The notes under the pieces are model-generated. The model made no database searches. It was given only the letters and a program-made list of their open reading frames with translations, and was not told where the DNA came from. Shown here piece by piece: positions 1 through 8,861 of a DNA stretch of 64,000 bases. Origin of the DNA: Egibacteraceae bacterium (GTDB lineage: Bacteria > Actinomycetota > Nitriliruptoria > Euzebyales > Egibacteraceae); assembly GCA_030446745.1 (NCBI GenBank), contig JAUJMS010000006.1:4498-68497 (forward strand). The letters run 5' to 3'. Position numbers and translations under genes: made by a program. How positions within the stretch are numbered: the first letter of the stretch is position 1; each line of letters opens with the position of its first letter.

Positions 1-394
1 CCATGCTCACGCGGCTGATGGCGACGCCGCGGTCGCCGGCGATGGCGGCAACCAGCAGGGCCGCACCGAGGATGAGGTAGAACTGGCCGCCGGCGTCCAC
101 GCCGTAGTTGGTCAGCATCGGCGCGAACGCCCAGCCGGCGACGATGATGCCGGGACTCCACAGGGCGGCGCGGCGACCGGCGAGTGCGGCCGAGGCGAGG
201 TACGCCGAGCCGATGAACAGCGGGATCCATCCCTTCGTCGGCAGCGCGCCGAACGGCTGGACGAGCAGCAGGACCAGCGCCGCGCCGACGAACAGCGGGC
301 CAGCCCGTCGCGCCCGCCACGACAGCGGCGCCATGGGCGTTTCGCTCGCCGGGGCGGCGGCAGTGGTTTCGCGGGGCGTTCCGACAGCCGTCAT
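1..394 (-). CDS. integral membrane protein, N-terminal part only (runs off the window start)
   Basis: Own minus-strand translation from ATG 394-392: MTAVGTPRETTAAAPASETPMAPLSWRARRAGPLFVGAALVLLLVQPFGALPTKGWIPLFIGSAYLASAALAG... Several hydrophobic helices. Absent from the ORF track because there is no stop inside the window. Confidence 0.45.
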   Translation of the reverse strand, partial: MTAVGTPRETTAAAPASETPMAPLSWRARRAGPLFVGAALVLLLVQPFGALPTKGWIPLFIGSAYLASAALAGRRAALWSPGIIVAGWAFAPMLTNYGVDAGGQFYLILGAALLVAAIAGDRGVAISRVSM

Positions 395-575
395 GTTCGC
401 TCTCCTTGTGCCTAGGCGACGTGCCTCTTGGCTCATCTCTTCCCGTACGCCGGCCCCACGTCACTAGATGTATTTCGCATACAGGCGATGTCGCCGAGCG
501 CAATTGGCCCTATCCACCGCGTAGCTATTCCTGTACACTGCGTATTCTCGGACACGACGCGCGGGGGTCGATCGA

Positions 576-1838
576 ATGCGACGTATGGCCATCCTGGTGG
601 TGCTGCTTGGCGCGGTGTTCACCGCTGTGCCAGCTGCCGGCGACGAGGCGACCTGCCACGGCAAGGCGGCAACGCAGTCGGGGTCGTTGGTCTACGGCAG
701 CGAGGGCGCCGACGTCATCGTCGGCACGACCGGCGACGACCGGCTGTACGCCGAGGGCGGCGACGACACGATCTGTGGGCGGGGCGGCAACGACATCATC
801 GACCCCGGGTTGGGCGACGACCTCGTCGACGGTGGCCGCGGCCGCGACACCGCGGAGTTGTCGGTGTACCAGGAGGACCGAGCGATCACCGTCGACCTGC
901 GCACCGGGCGCGCCACCGGTGAAGGCCGCGACCAGTGGGTGGTCGGAACCGTCGAGAACGTCACGCTGAACTGCAGCACGAACAACGACGACACGCTGAT
1001 CGGCGACGACCGCCGCAACGTGCTGTCGGGCGGATCCGGCGAGGACCGCCTCGTCGGCAACGGCGGCAACGACGTCCTGTACGGCACCGACCCGACGGTC
1101 GACCGCAACGACGCCGTCTGCTGGCGGTCCACGGGCGACCGCGACGTGCTCGAGGGCGGCGCCGGCGACGACGTCCTCCTCGGCCAGATCAACGGCGACA
1201 CCCTCGACGGGGGCGCCGGCTTCGACGTGCTCGACGGCGGCCACGCGACCGACACCTGCGAACGCGGCGAGCGGTACGTCGGCTGCGAGACCGCGAACCC
1301 GCCGGCGCCGCCGCCGGTGTGCGGCGACGCGGCGGACAACGACGGCGACGGGGCGGTCGACCACCCCGACGACCCCGAGTGCTCGTCGGCGGACGACCCG
1401 ACCGAGGACCGGTCGGACGACCCCCGCTGCAACGACGGGCGTGACAACGACCGCGACGGCGTCGCCGACTTCCCAGGGGACCGCGGCTGTCGGTCGCTTG
1501 GCGACAACAACGAGCAGGACCCCTGCCTCGGGGGGTGCCCCGATACGGTCTCGATCCGCTACGCGCCGAAGCGCGACAGCTTCGTCGGGCTCGTGGACAC
1601 GGCCGAGCGCCGCCGTTGCGACAGCTTCCGCCGGGTCCGCGTGCACCGGGTTCGCTCCGGCGACGACCCGGTCGTCGGCCGCGATAGGACCGACCGCGAC
1701 GGCAACTGGCGCGTGTCAGGGCTGCCGGACGCGCGGGGGCGCTTCTACGCCGTCGCCGCTCGGAAGGTGTACGTCGACTCGCTGGGGCGCGAACGCGTCT
1801 GCGACCCCGAACGCTCGGCGACGATCCGCGTCGACTAG
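576..1838 (+). CDS. secreted calcium-binding protein with RTX-type GGxGxD repeats and two Cys-bracketed DxDxDG motifs
   Basis: Signal-like MRRMAILVVLLGAVFTAVPAAG. Repeats GSEGADVIVGTTGDDRLYAEGGDDTICGRGGNDII, GGSGEDRLVGNGGNDVLYG, GGAGDDVLLG. CGDAADNDGDGAVDHPDDPEC and CNDGRDNDRDGVADFPGDRGC resemble MopE/thrombospondin-type-3 metal motifs. Confidence 0.75.
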   Translation: MRRMAILVVLLGAVFTAVPAAGDEATCHGKAATQSGSLVYGSEGADVIVGTTGDDRLYAEGGDDTICGRGGNDIIDPGLGDDLVDGGRGRDTAELSVYQEDRAITVDLRTGRATGEGRDQWVVGTVENVTLNCSTNNDDTLIGDDRRNVLSGGSGEDRLVGNGGNDVLYGTDPTVDRNDAVCWRSTGDRDVLEGGAGDDVLLGQINGDTLDGGAGFDVLDGGHATDTCERGERYVGCETANPPAPPPVCGDAADNDGDGAVDHPDDPECSSADDPTEDRSDDPRCNDGRDNDRDGVADFPGDRGCRSLGDNNEQDPCLGGCPDTVSIRYAPKRDSFVGLVDTAERRRCDSFRRVRVHRVRSGDDPVVGRDRTDRDGNWRVSGLPDARGRFYAVAARKVYVDSLGRERVCDPERSATIRVD

Positions 1839-1862
1839 GCACCGGCCGGCGGCGCGCCACCG

Positions 1863-1906
1863 CGGGCCTTTCATCGACGGCACGGGAGCGCAACGCCGGT
1901 GACAAG
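1863..1906 (-). repeat. copy A (inverted, most degenerate) of a ~48-nt intergenic hairpin element
   Basis: Reverse complement reads CTTGTCACCGGCGTTGCGCTcccGTGCCGTCGaTGAaAAgGCCCG. It aligns with the copies at 21933 and 30338. Lies 25 nt after the stop of the RTX-like gene. Confidence 0.6.
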
Positions 1907-1968
1907 GGGCGGGGCGGGGTGGTTGCCCGTGTTGCCGCCGCTGGGCGGTCAGCCGGGGAGCCGGCCGC

Positions 1969-2178
1969 TCAGCGGTGCTCGGCCGCCTCCGCCGCCCGGC
2001 GCCACGCCTGTGCCGCCGCGATCGAAGCGTGGCGCCGCACGCCTTTCGGGACGCTCCAGGGGCGCAGCGCGAAGCACACGGCCGACACCTCGGCGGCCGC
2101 CCGAAGGTTGCGCCCCTCGAGCGGCGAGGCCGCCACGGCAGGCGCCTCAGCGACCGAGCGCAGCTTGCGGACCGGCAT
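1969..2178 (-). CDS. small hypothetical protein translationally coupled to the upstream nucleotidyltransferase gene
   Basis: 69-aa ORF whose ATG overlaps the nucleotidyltransferase stop as ATGA at 2178. GC-rich third positions. Two VRK/RxxS-like motifs (PVRKLRSVAEA, PKGVRRHASIAAA). No family recognised. Confidence 0.3.
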   Translation of the reverse strand: MPVRKLRSVAEAPAVAASPLEGRNLRAAAEVSAVCFALRPWSVPKGVRRHASIAAAQAWRRAAEAAEHR

Positions 2179-2648
2179 CAGCCGTCCCCCAGACCGAACC
2201 GCTCGCGCAGGTTCGCGGCATCGGCTCGATCCTGCGGTCGAACGGTGTCCTTCTTCATCGCGTAGAGCATGCCCGCGGTGGCGACACGCACCCTCACGCC
2301 CGCGACGACCAGCTCCTCCGCCTCGATGTCGTCGTACTCGAAGGCGTCGCCCAGACGCGCCACGAGGTCGATTGTGAAGTCGCTCCCGGGTGGACCGTAC
2401 GCGATGACCGGATAGGGCCCGGCCAGATCCTCGGCATCGATCTGTCGGATGCTGTCGTCGTCGAACACCGCGTGCAGCGCGCGCTTGAGCCGTTCGACGT
2501 TGTCGCCGTCGGGCGCGACGAAGAAGTCGATGTCACGGGTCGCGCGCACCAGTCCTTGCGCGGCCAGCGCCATGGACCCGATGAGGACGTAGCGCACCTG
2601 TTCGCGCTCGAACGCGGCGAGGACCGCGCGCACCTGTTCGAACTGCAT
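2178..2648 (-). CDS. nucleotidyltransferase-fold protein (AbiEii/DUF6036-like)
   Basis: MQFEQVRAVLAAFEREQVRYVLIGSMALAAQGLVRATRDIDFFV... shows the G[SG]-x9-DxD pattern of minimal nucleotidyltransferases. Start taken at the internal ATG (15 codons into track ORF 2178..2693). Confidence 0.65.
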   Translation of the reverse strand: MQFEQVRAVLAAFEREQVRYVLIGSMALAAQGLVRATRDIDFFVAPDGDNVERLKRALHAVFDDDSIRQIDAEDLAGPYPVIAYGPPGSDFTIDLVARLGDAFEYDDIEAEELVVAGVRVRVATAGMLYAMKKDTVRPQDRADAANLRERFGLGDG

Positions 2649-2751
2649 GGTCCGCGATGGTAGTGGCCGGGTGCCCGCCGCCCGGTGCCGCACGGCGGCG
2701 GGGGCGCTCCGTCGTGGAACGCCCCCGCCTGCCGGTGGTACGAGTTGAGCG

Positions 2752-3621
2752 CTAGTTGGCGCTGGTTCCGCGGAAGCGGAAGTTGGGGTGGTTGTCGAAC
2801 ACGTGGACGTTGCGGATCTCCAGCCGCGCCCGGTTGAGCACGCTGATCCCGGCGTCAGCGCTGCCGCTGACGGTGGTGTCCACGATCGAGCCGCGGCTGC
2901 GGTCCTCGAACTCCACGCCCCGGCCCGGGTCGGCCTCGCCGACGCCGGCGGTGCCCTTGCGGAAGCCCGTTGCGCTGACGTCGCTGTCGGTGATCGTCAC
3001 GCGTGAGCGTCCGACGGCGTGAATGCCATAGTCCAGGTTGTTCTCGACACGGACCTCGTCGAGGATCGCGTGGGCGTCGCGGCGCACGAGGATCCCGACC
3101 CGCCAGTTGCGCACCATGACGTTGCGCACGATGGTGCGGCACTCGTCGCAGCCGCGGATCACGATGCCGGGACGGGTGGCGCGCTCCTCGTTGCCGGGCT
3201 CACCCTGCACGACCGCGTCGATGTTCGCGTCGACGCCGCGGGCTGCCTCCAGCGACACGTTGCCGCCCTCGGTCGGCTTGAGCACCACGACCTCGGGGAA
3301 GGTGCCGTTGGCGACGATGGTGACGCGGCCGTTCTGCGCCACCGCCGCGAGCGCGGCGTTGATCGTGCCGAAGTTGTTGTCGCCGTCGAGGTCCTCCGCC
3401 ATGCGGATCCGGCCGTCGCCGTCGTAATCACCGCAGGTCCCGTTGAGCACGGGCGAGTTCATCAGGCCGGTGGCCGTCATGCCGGAACCCGGCCCGAAGC
3501 AGTTGCCTTCAACGAACACCGGGTGGTTCGCGAGCGCGGGGCTGGCCACCGCCAGGGCGCTGAGCACCAGACCGAGGACCAGGGGGACGGCCGTGGCGCG
3601 GGTCGTTACCTTCGTACGCAT
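2752..3621 (-). CDS. secreted right-handed parallel beta-helix repeat protein
   Basis: Signal peptide MRTKVTTRATAVPLVLGLVLSALAVASPALA. DYDGDGRIRMAEDLDGDNNFG Ca-type loop. Repeated xVxNNxxxGIxV-like beta-helix rungs (VMVRNWRVGILV, VRVENNLDYGIHAV, TVSGSADAGISV). Start at the internal ATG, 20 codons into the track ORF. Confidence 0.7.
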   Translation of the reverse strand: MRTKVTTRATAVPLVLGLVLSALAVASPALANHPVFVEGNCFGPGSGMTATGLMNSPVLNGTCGDYDGDGRIRMAEDLDGDNNFGTINAALAAVAQNGRVTIVANGTFPEVVVLKPTEGGNVSLEAARGVDANIDAVVQGEPGNEERATRPGIVIRGCDECRTIVRNVMVRNWRVGILVRRDAHAILDEVRVENNLDYGIHAVGRSRVTITDSDVSATGFRKGTAGVGEADPGRGVEFEDRSRGSIVDTTVSGSADAGISVLNRARLEIRNVHVFDNHPNFRFRGTSAN

Positions 3622-3733
3622 TGCGCTTTCCCTTTCGAGTCGATGACGACGGTGGCGGGGTTCGCGGTCGCGATCCACCATCGCCAGGGAATACGGGCGC
3701 TGTCGCTGAACCGTCCAGCGAGGAGAAAGAAAA

Positions 3734-4324
3734 GTGGCCGGGATGCGGGGCGTCGTGGAAGAGCCCGCGGGGCTGCGCTACGAACCCGAGTTCGTCAGCG
3801 TCGAGGAGGAGACGACCGTGCTCACGGCCCTCGACGAAATCGGCTTCGTCCAGGTCCGGATGCGCGGACAGGTGGCGCGGCGCACGGTGCGCCACTTCGG
3901 CTACGACTACGGCTACGAGTCGTGGCAGTTGACGCCGACCGACCCGTTGCCCGCGTCACTGGGCTGGCTGCGCGACCGCTGCGCCGCCTTCGCGGCGGTC
4001 ACGCCCGACGAGCTCGCGCAGATCCTCGTCACCCGCTACCCGCCGGGGGCGACGATCGGCTGGCACCGCGACGCGCCGATGTTCGGCCCGGACGTCGTCG
4101 GCGTCTCGCTCGGCGCGGACTGCCGCATGCGCTTCCAGCGCAACGTCGGCGGGCAGCGCCGCGTCTACGAGCTGCGGCTGGCGCCCCGGTCGGCGTACGT
4201 GCTCAGCGGGGCGGCGCGCTCGGCGTGGCAGCACAGCATCCCGCCGGTATCGCACCTGCGCTACTCGATCACCTTCCGCACCCTGCGCGACCCGGCAGGC
4301 TGGGCTGCCACCGGCGCGACGTGA
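3734..4324 (+). CDS. alkB: Fe(II)/2-oxoglutarate-dependent dioxygenase, AlkB family
   Basis: GYDYGYES..., ILVTRYPPGATIGWHRDAPMFG (HxD), WQHSIP (distal His), RYSITFR (2OG-binding Arg). The start could instead be the ATG at 3743. Confidence 0.75.
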   Translation: MAGMRGVVEEPAGLRYEPEFVSVEEETTVLTALDEIGFVQVRMRGQVARRTVRHFGYDYGYESWQLTPTDPLPASLGWLRDRCAAFAAVTPDELAQILVTRYPPGATIGWHRDAPMFGPDVVGVSLGADCRMRFQRNVGGQRRVYELRLAPRSAYVLSGAARSAWQHSIPPVSHLRYSITFRTLRDPAGWAATGAT

Positions 4325-4340
4325 CCGGGCCCCACGCGGG

Positions 4341-4661
4341 TCAGGCGCCGGTGGGCGGTGGGGCCGCGTCGGGGTCGACGAGGTCGGCGTACTCGGCGTG
4401 GTCACGGATGTACGCGGCGATGAACGAGCACCGCGGCTGCACCGCCAGCCCCTCGGCACGGGCGGTGTCGAGTGCCGTGGCGGCAAGCTGACCACCGATC
4501 CCGCGGCCCTCGAACCGCGGCGCCACCTCCGTGTGGTGCAGCACCATCTGGCCCGAGGCGGCGACGTACTCGGCGACGCCGGCGAGCTCGTCGTCGACAT
4601 ACGCCTCGAAGCGGTGACGCTCGGGATTGTGGCTGACGCGCACGTCGGCGTGGTCGGTCAT
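4341..4661 (-). CDS. small GNAT-like N-acetyltransferase (YjdJ type)
   Basis: 106 aa. HNPERHRFEAYVDDELAGVAEYV...HTEVAPRFEGRGIGGQLAATALDTARAEGLAVQPRCSFIAAYIRDH matches the single-domain GCN5-related family pattern. Confidence 0.7.
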   Translation of the reverse strand: MTDHADVRVSHNPERHRFEAYVDDELAGVAEYVAASGQMVLHHTEVAPRFEGRGIGGQLAATALDTARAEGLAVQPRCSFIAAYIRDHAEYADLVDPDAAPPPTGA

Positions 4662-6238
4662 CGCTGGTCCTCCTCGGCGGTGGCGTTCGGCGGGGTCCCC
4701 GCCAACTGGGGCTGCACGGGTGGAGCGTCCACGGCGCAGTGGCGCTGCCGCGACGGGCGCCTGCGGAGGCGGGCCACGTCGCCGTCGCGCAGGCGGTCGC
4801 TGACGAGCAGCGCCGCCAACGCCCCGCCGGCGCCGACGAGCACGGCGCTGACGGTCATGGCGTTGCCAAAGCTCGCCGTGAGCGCGGTGGGGTCACGGTA
4901 GGCATCGCCGCTGAGCCCGGCGACGGCCGGCAGGACCGCCACGGCGAGCAGTCCGGCACTGCGCGCGACCGCGTTGTTCACGCCGGACGCGACGCCGCTG
5001 TGATCGTCGTCGACCGCCGCGAGCACCGTCGCGGTCAGCGGCGCGACGACGCCCGCGAGCCCCAGGCCAAACACCGTGACGGCGGGCAACACCGTCTCGA
5101 TGTAGCCGGCGCCGGCTTCGATGCGTCGCAGCAGCAGCAGACCCGCAGCCATGACCAGCGGCCCGACGGTTAGCGGCAGACGCGGTCCGACGCGTTCGGC
5201 GAGCGCGCCCGCGCGGGGCGACAACACCAACAGCAGCGCCGTGATCGGCAGCAACGCCGTCCCGGCCGCCAGCGCGGAGTACCCGGCGACCTGCTGGAGT
5301 TGCACGACGAGCAGGAAGAACGTCGCACTGATGCCGGCGTAGACCGCGAACGTGACGAGGTTCGCGGCGGTGAACTGGCGCGAACGGAACAAGCGCAGCG
5401 GCAGCATCGGGTGCGCGCTGCGGTGCTCGACGAGAAGGAATCCGGCGAGCAGCGCGGCGCCGAGGACGCCCGCCGCAACGACCGCGGTCGAGGCACCCTG
5501 CTCGCCGACGGTGATGAGCGCCCACGTCGTCGATGACAGCCCAGCCGCCGCCAGTGCGGCGCCGGCGACGTCAAAGCCGGGCACCGCCGCGGGGCGGCGG
5601 GTCTCGGGCACCGCACGTGCGGCGACGACGTGCACCAGGAGCGCAACGGGCAGGTTCACGAGAAAGATCCACCGCCACGACAGCGTGTCGATCAGCCATC
5701 CGCCGACGACCGGCCCCACGGCGGCGGCGATGCCGGTCAGGCCCGACCACGCACCGACGGCGCGGGCGCGGTCGGCCGGGGCGAACGAGGACTGGAGGAT
5801 CGCCAGGCTGGCAGGCGTGAGCAACGCCGCGCCCACGCCTTGCAGCGCCCGGAACGCGGCGAGCGCGGGAACGTTCGGCGCGAGCCCGCACAGCAGCGAC
5901 GCGCCGGCGAACCAGGCGACACCGAGCCGGAACATGCGGCGACGCCCGAAACGATCGGCCAGCGCCCCGCCGAGCAGGATCAGCGCCGCCAACGCGAGCG
6001 TGTAGCCGTTCAGCGTCCACTGCAGGCCGCTCACGTCGGCGCCGAGGTCCTCGCCCAGCGCCGGCAGCGCGACGTTGACGGTCGTGACGTCCAGGAACAC
6101 CAGGCCCGAGCCCGCCACCGTCGCGAACAGCACGCCGCGCGCCGCGGCGCTACCCCAGCGGATCGGCGCGTCCGCCGTCGCGGCGTCGGGATCAGCGTCG
6201 GTCACGTCCGCGTCGCTGGAACGCGCTCGGCGAGCCAC
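4658..6238 (-). CDS. MFS transporter, DHA2 (EmrB/QacA-like, about 14 TMS) drug:H+ antiporter family
   Basis: 526 aa and uniformly hydrophobic. LGGALADRFGRRRMF loop motif. LxxPxxG-type helices. Stop overlaps the start of the next gene by 4 nt. Confidence 0.85.
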   Translation of the reverse strand: MARRARSSDADVTDADPDAATADAPIRWGSAAARGVLFATVAGSGLVFLDVTTVNVALPALGEDLGADVSGLQWTLNGYTLALAALILLGGALADRFGRRRMFRLGVAWFAGASLLCGLAPNVPALAAFRALQGVGAALLTPASLAILQSSFAPADRARAVGAWSGLTGIAAAVGPVVGGWLIDTLSWRWIFLVNLPVALLVHVVAARAVPETRRPAAVPGFDVAGAALAAAGLSSTTWALITVGEQGASTAVVAAGVLGAALLAGFLLVEHRSAHPMLPLRLFRSRQFTAANLVTFAVYAGISATFFLLVVQLQQVAGYSALAAGTALLPITALLLVLSPRAGALAERVGPRLPLTVGPLVMAAGLLLLRRIEAGAGYIETVLPAVTVFGLGLAGVVAPLTATVLAAVDDDHSGVASGVNNAVARSAGLLAVAVLPAVAGLSGDAYRDPTALTASFGNAMTVSAVLVGAGGALAALLVSDRLRDGDVARLRRRPSRQRHCAVDAPPVQPQLAGTPPNATAEEDQR

Positions 6239-6869
6239 GCGGTGGCTGCGGTGATCGTGGTCGGATGCACGCTGTGGCCGTCCGGGTGCCAGTGGACGTC
6301 GACGGCGGCGCCACGCTCGCTCAGCGCGCGGGCGAGCGCCTCGACGTGGCGCGGCGTGGCGACGGGGTCGTGCGTCCCGCCGCCACAGAACACCGCTACG
6401 CCGGTCAGGTCCGACGGCGGCGAGGCGGAAAGCATCGGCATCGCGGCGAGCAGCGCGGCCGCACGCACGGGCTGCGGGGAGACCAGCAGCAGGGCCCCGG
6501 CGATGTTCGCGCCGTTGGAGAACCCGACCGCGACGACCGGCCGCCCGCCGAGGTCGTAGCGGTCGCGAGCCGCGGTGACGAAGGTGCCGAGCTCGTCGGC
6601 GCGCGCCGTCACCTCGTCGTCGTCAGACGTGAAGGGGTCGGCCGAGCTGTCGCCGGTCGGGATGCGCCGGAAGAACCGCGGGGCGTCCCGTCACGCTCGA
6701 CGACGCGGCCTCGGGGTGCGAGCAGCGCCGCGTCGGGCCGCAGCGCCCGACCCAGATCGAGCAGGTCGCGCTCGTCGCCGCCCGTGCCGTGCAGGCACAG
6801 CAGCACCGAGGCGTCGGCGGCGCCCGGCACGAACACGTGCGTGAACCCGGCGAGGAACTCGGTCGCCAC
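6202..6869 (-). pseudogene. phospholipase/carboxylesterase-family alpha/beta hydrolase, split by a 1-nt frameshift near 6676
   Basis: ORF 6609..6869 gives VLLCLHGTGGDERDLLDLG...VVERDGTPR. One nt later the frame continues FFRRIPTGDSSADPFTSDDDEVTARADELGTFV into ORF 6202..6612 (VAVGFSNGANIAG nucleophile elbow, GGGTHDP, HPDGHSV). Only 2 nt (CC, 6676-6677) sit where a Gly codon is needed. Confidence 0.7.
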
Positions 6870-6890
6870 GCGCTCAGCGCCGCATGTCGT

Positions 6891-8765
6891 TCACCGGGTA
6901 CTCGGCTGATCGGTCACGCGCCGGTTATCCGCGACCGGTCGGTGCCGGCGAAGAGGCGACGAGCATGGCAGCTCCTGCATCGGCGGCGGCGGAGGTTTGC
7001 CGTCTGGGGCGCCGCGGTCGTTCGGCGTCAAGATCGGTCGCGGATCATGCCACCCCGTCGGGTTGCTGCGCTTCGACCGCCGTCTCTGCGTTGCGGACCG
7101 GATCGACGGATGCCGCCGATTGCGTCGAGGCGATTCATCGCGCGCGTGTGGGGGGCGTCGCGCATCGTGGCGGAGTGACGGTCGCGGCCGTGCGTCGGAA
7201 ATTCGGTGGCCGCGCCGTCCCGGCTGAGGTCCGTCAGCCTCGGCCGCGTCGCCGGGGCGCCCGCCCCCGCCCGAACCGGCCGATCGGTCCTTCGGCGCTG
7301 CGTTGGAGGACTTCCGCGCGGGGCGGGCCTTGGGCGCCGGACGCGACTTCGAGGCGGGACGCGCCTTGGGCGCCGGACGCGACTTCGGGGCCGGACGCGC
7401 CTTGGGCGCCGGACGCGACTTCGGCGCCGGACGCGCCTTGGGCGCCGGACGCGGCTTCGGCGCCGGACGGGCCTTGGGCGCCGGACGCGGCTTCGCGCCG
7501 GACGCGCCTTGGGCGCCGGACGCGGCTTCGGCGCCGGACGCGCCTTGGGCGCCGGACGCGGCTTCGCGGCGGACGCGCCTTGGGCGCCGGACGCGGCTTC
7601 GGCGCCGGACGCGGCTTCGGCGCGGGACGTGGGCGCCGGACGCGGCTTCGAGGCGGACGCGCCTTGGGCGCCGGACGCGACGTCGCCGCCGTACGCCCAC
7701 GCCGGTCGCGATCCCGGTCGGCATGTCCGTCGCGACCACGCCGGCCGCGGTCCCGGTCGGCATTCGCGTCGCCGCCACGCCGGCCGCGATCCCGGTCAGC
7801 CTGCGCGCCCTTGGCCCCCGGCCGTCGTCGCCGATGGCCTTGTCACGGCGAGCATCACGGTCTCGGACGCTGGCGCCCCGCCGGTCGTCGCGAGCGCGTT
7901 TCGCACTCCCCTTCGCTGCTTCGGAGCGCCGACCGCGAGGCGCCCGTACGGTGTCCTCGTCCTCGGCCGGGGCGTCGAGCGCTGCGGCAAGCCGCCCCCG
8001 CCGGTCGAGCGCGACATCCGTGTCGGCATCCGCACGCACGGCGTCGGCGTCGGTCACTCCGTCGTCGCCGCCGTCCGCCGGATCCTCGGCAGATCCGGCG
8101 GCTTCTGCCGGTGCCACGCCGGCGGCCGACGGCAACGGCGTTGCCGCCGTCGGCGACAGCGCCCGCAAGCTCGCCGCGGTCCGCACGTCCGCCACCGTCG
8201 CCAGGGTGGCGAGGGTGGCAATGCGGGTCGCGGTCGCAGCGGCGAGCGTGATCGGGGCGTCGACGGCGCTCGGTGGGCCGAGCACCGTCGGACCACCGGC
8301 CACGGTCTCGCCGGCATCGACAGCGTCGGCGGATACGCCCGCGGTGGTGGCGGCGGGCGGTGCGCCGACCGCGTCAGCGACACCCGAGGCGGGCGCGGGG
8401 AGCAATGCCAGCAGCGGCGCGGCGGCAGGCGCGGTCCCAGCGTCGACCTCCGCCGCCGCGGTCGGCGACTCGGGCGCGATGCCGCCGCCCGCAGACGGTG
8501 CCGGCGCCACCGCTGAACCCGGCGGGGCGCCGACCTGCGCCCCGGTGTCACCGTCGCCTGGCTCGGATGCCGGCGGCTGTGCCGGTGGAACGGTGACGCC
8601 GCGGACGACCTGGAACGAGCTGCCGGCGGTGTCGGGGGTTCGCAGCAGCGGCCAGTCACGCTCGAGCGGCGCCATGCCGACCGTGCCGGCGGCCACCACG
8701 GACAGCGTCAACAGCAAGCCGAGCGCGGTGGTGGCGACCATGCCACGCGCGCCGTAGCCCGCCAT
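6891..8765 (-). CDS. membrane-anchored Ala/Pro-rich low-complexity protein with a K-x-R-P-A-P hexapeptide repeat array; C-terminal end uncertain
   Basis: N-terminal anchor MVATTALGLLLTLSVVAAGTV, then Ala/Pro/Asp-rich sequence, then KARPAPKPRPAPKARPAPKSRPAP... The same DNA repeat is read in three frames inside the ORF, so the true 3' part is unclear. Confidence 0.45.
   Translation of the reverse strand: MAGYGARGMVATTALGLLLTLSVVAAGTVGMAPLERDWPLLRTPDTAGSSFQVVRGVTVPPAQPPASEPGDGDTGAQVGAPPGSAVAPAPSAGGGIAPESPTAAAEVDAGTAPAAAPLLALLPAPASGVADAVGAPPAATTAGVSADAVDAGETVAGGPTVLGPPSAVDAPITLAAATATRIATLATLATVADVRTAASLRALSPTAATPLPSAAGVAPAEAAGSAEDPADGGDDGVTDADAVRADADTDVALDRRGRLAAALDAPAEDEDTVRAPRGRRSEAAKGSAKRARDDRRGASVRDRDARRDKAIGDDGRGPRARRLTGIAAGVAATRMPTGTAAGVVATDMPTGIATGVGVRRRRRVRRPRRVRLEAASGAHVPRRSRVRRRSRVRRPRRVRREAASGAQGASGAEAASGAQGASGAKPRPAPKARPAPKPRPAPKARPAPKSRPAPKARPAPKSRPAPKARPASKSRPAPKARPARKSSNAAPKDRSAGSGGGGRPGDAAEADGPQPGRRGHRISDARPRPSLRHDARRPPHARDESPRRNRRHPSIRSATQRRRSKRSNPTGWHDPRPILTPNDRGAPDGKPPPPPMQELPCSSPLRRHRPVADNRRVTDQPSTR
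7309..7690. repeat. tandem 18-nt repeat array, about 21 units alternating GCCTTGGGCGCCGGACGC / G(A/G)CTTCGGCGCCGGACGC
   Basis: Read directly from the sequence. Three units are 17 nt and one is 13 nt, and each changes the reading frame. Confidence 0.85.
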
Positions 8766-8861
8766 CGTGCCGTCCTTTCGCGTCGCCGACGCGAACGCGC
8801 CGCCATCAGTCTATGGACTTGTACCCGCCGTGTCCATGGATATACGCTGCGTAACGGCGCG

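Noticed and set aside
7206-8757. Plus-strand ORFs of 436-484 aa overlapping the low-complexity gene
   Set aside because: Antisense shadows with Ser/Ala/Arg-rich nonsense and no start context. The minus-strand frame has a proper membrane anchor.
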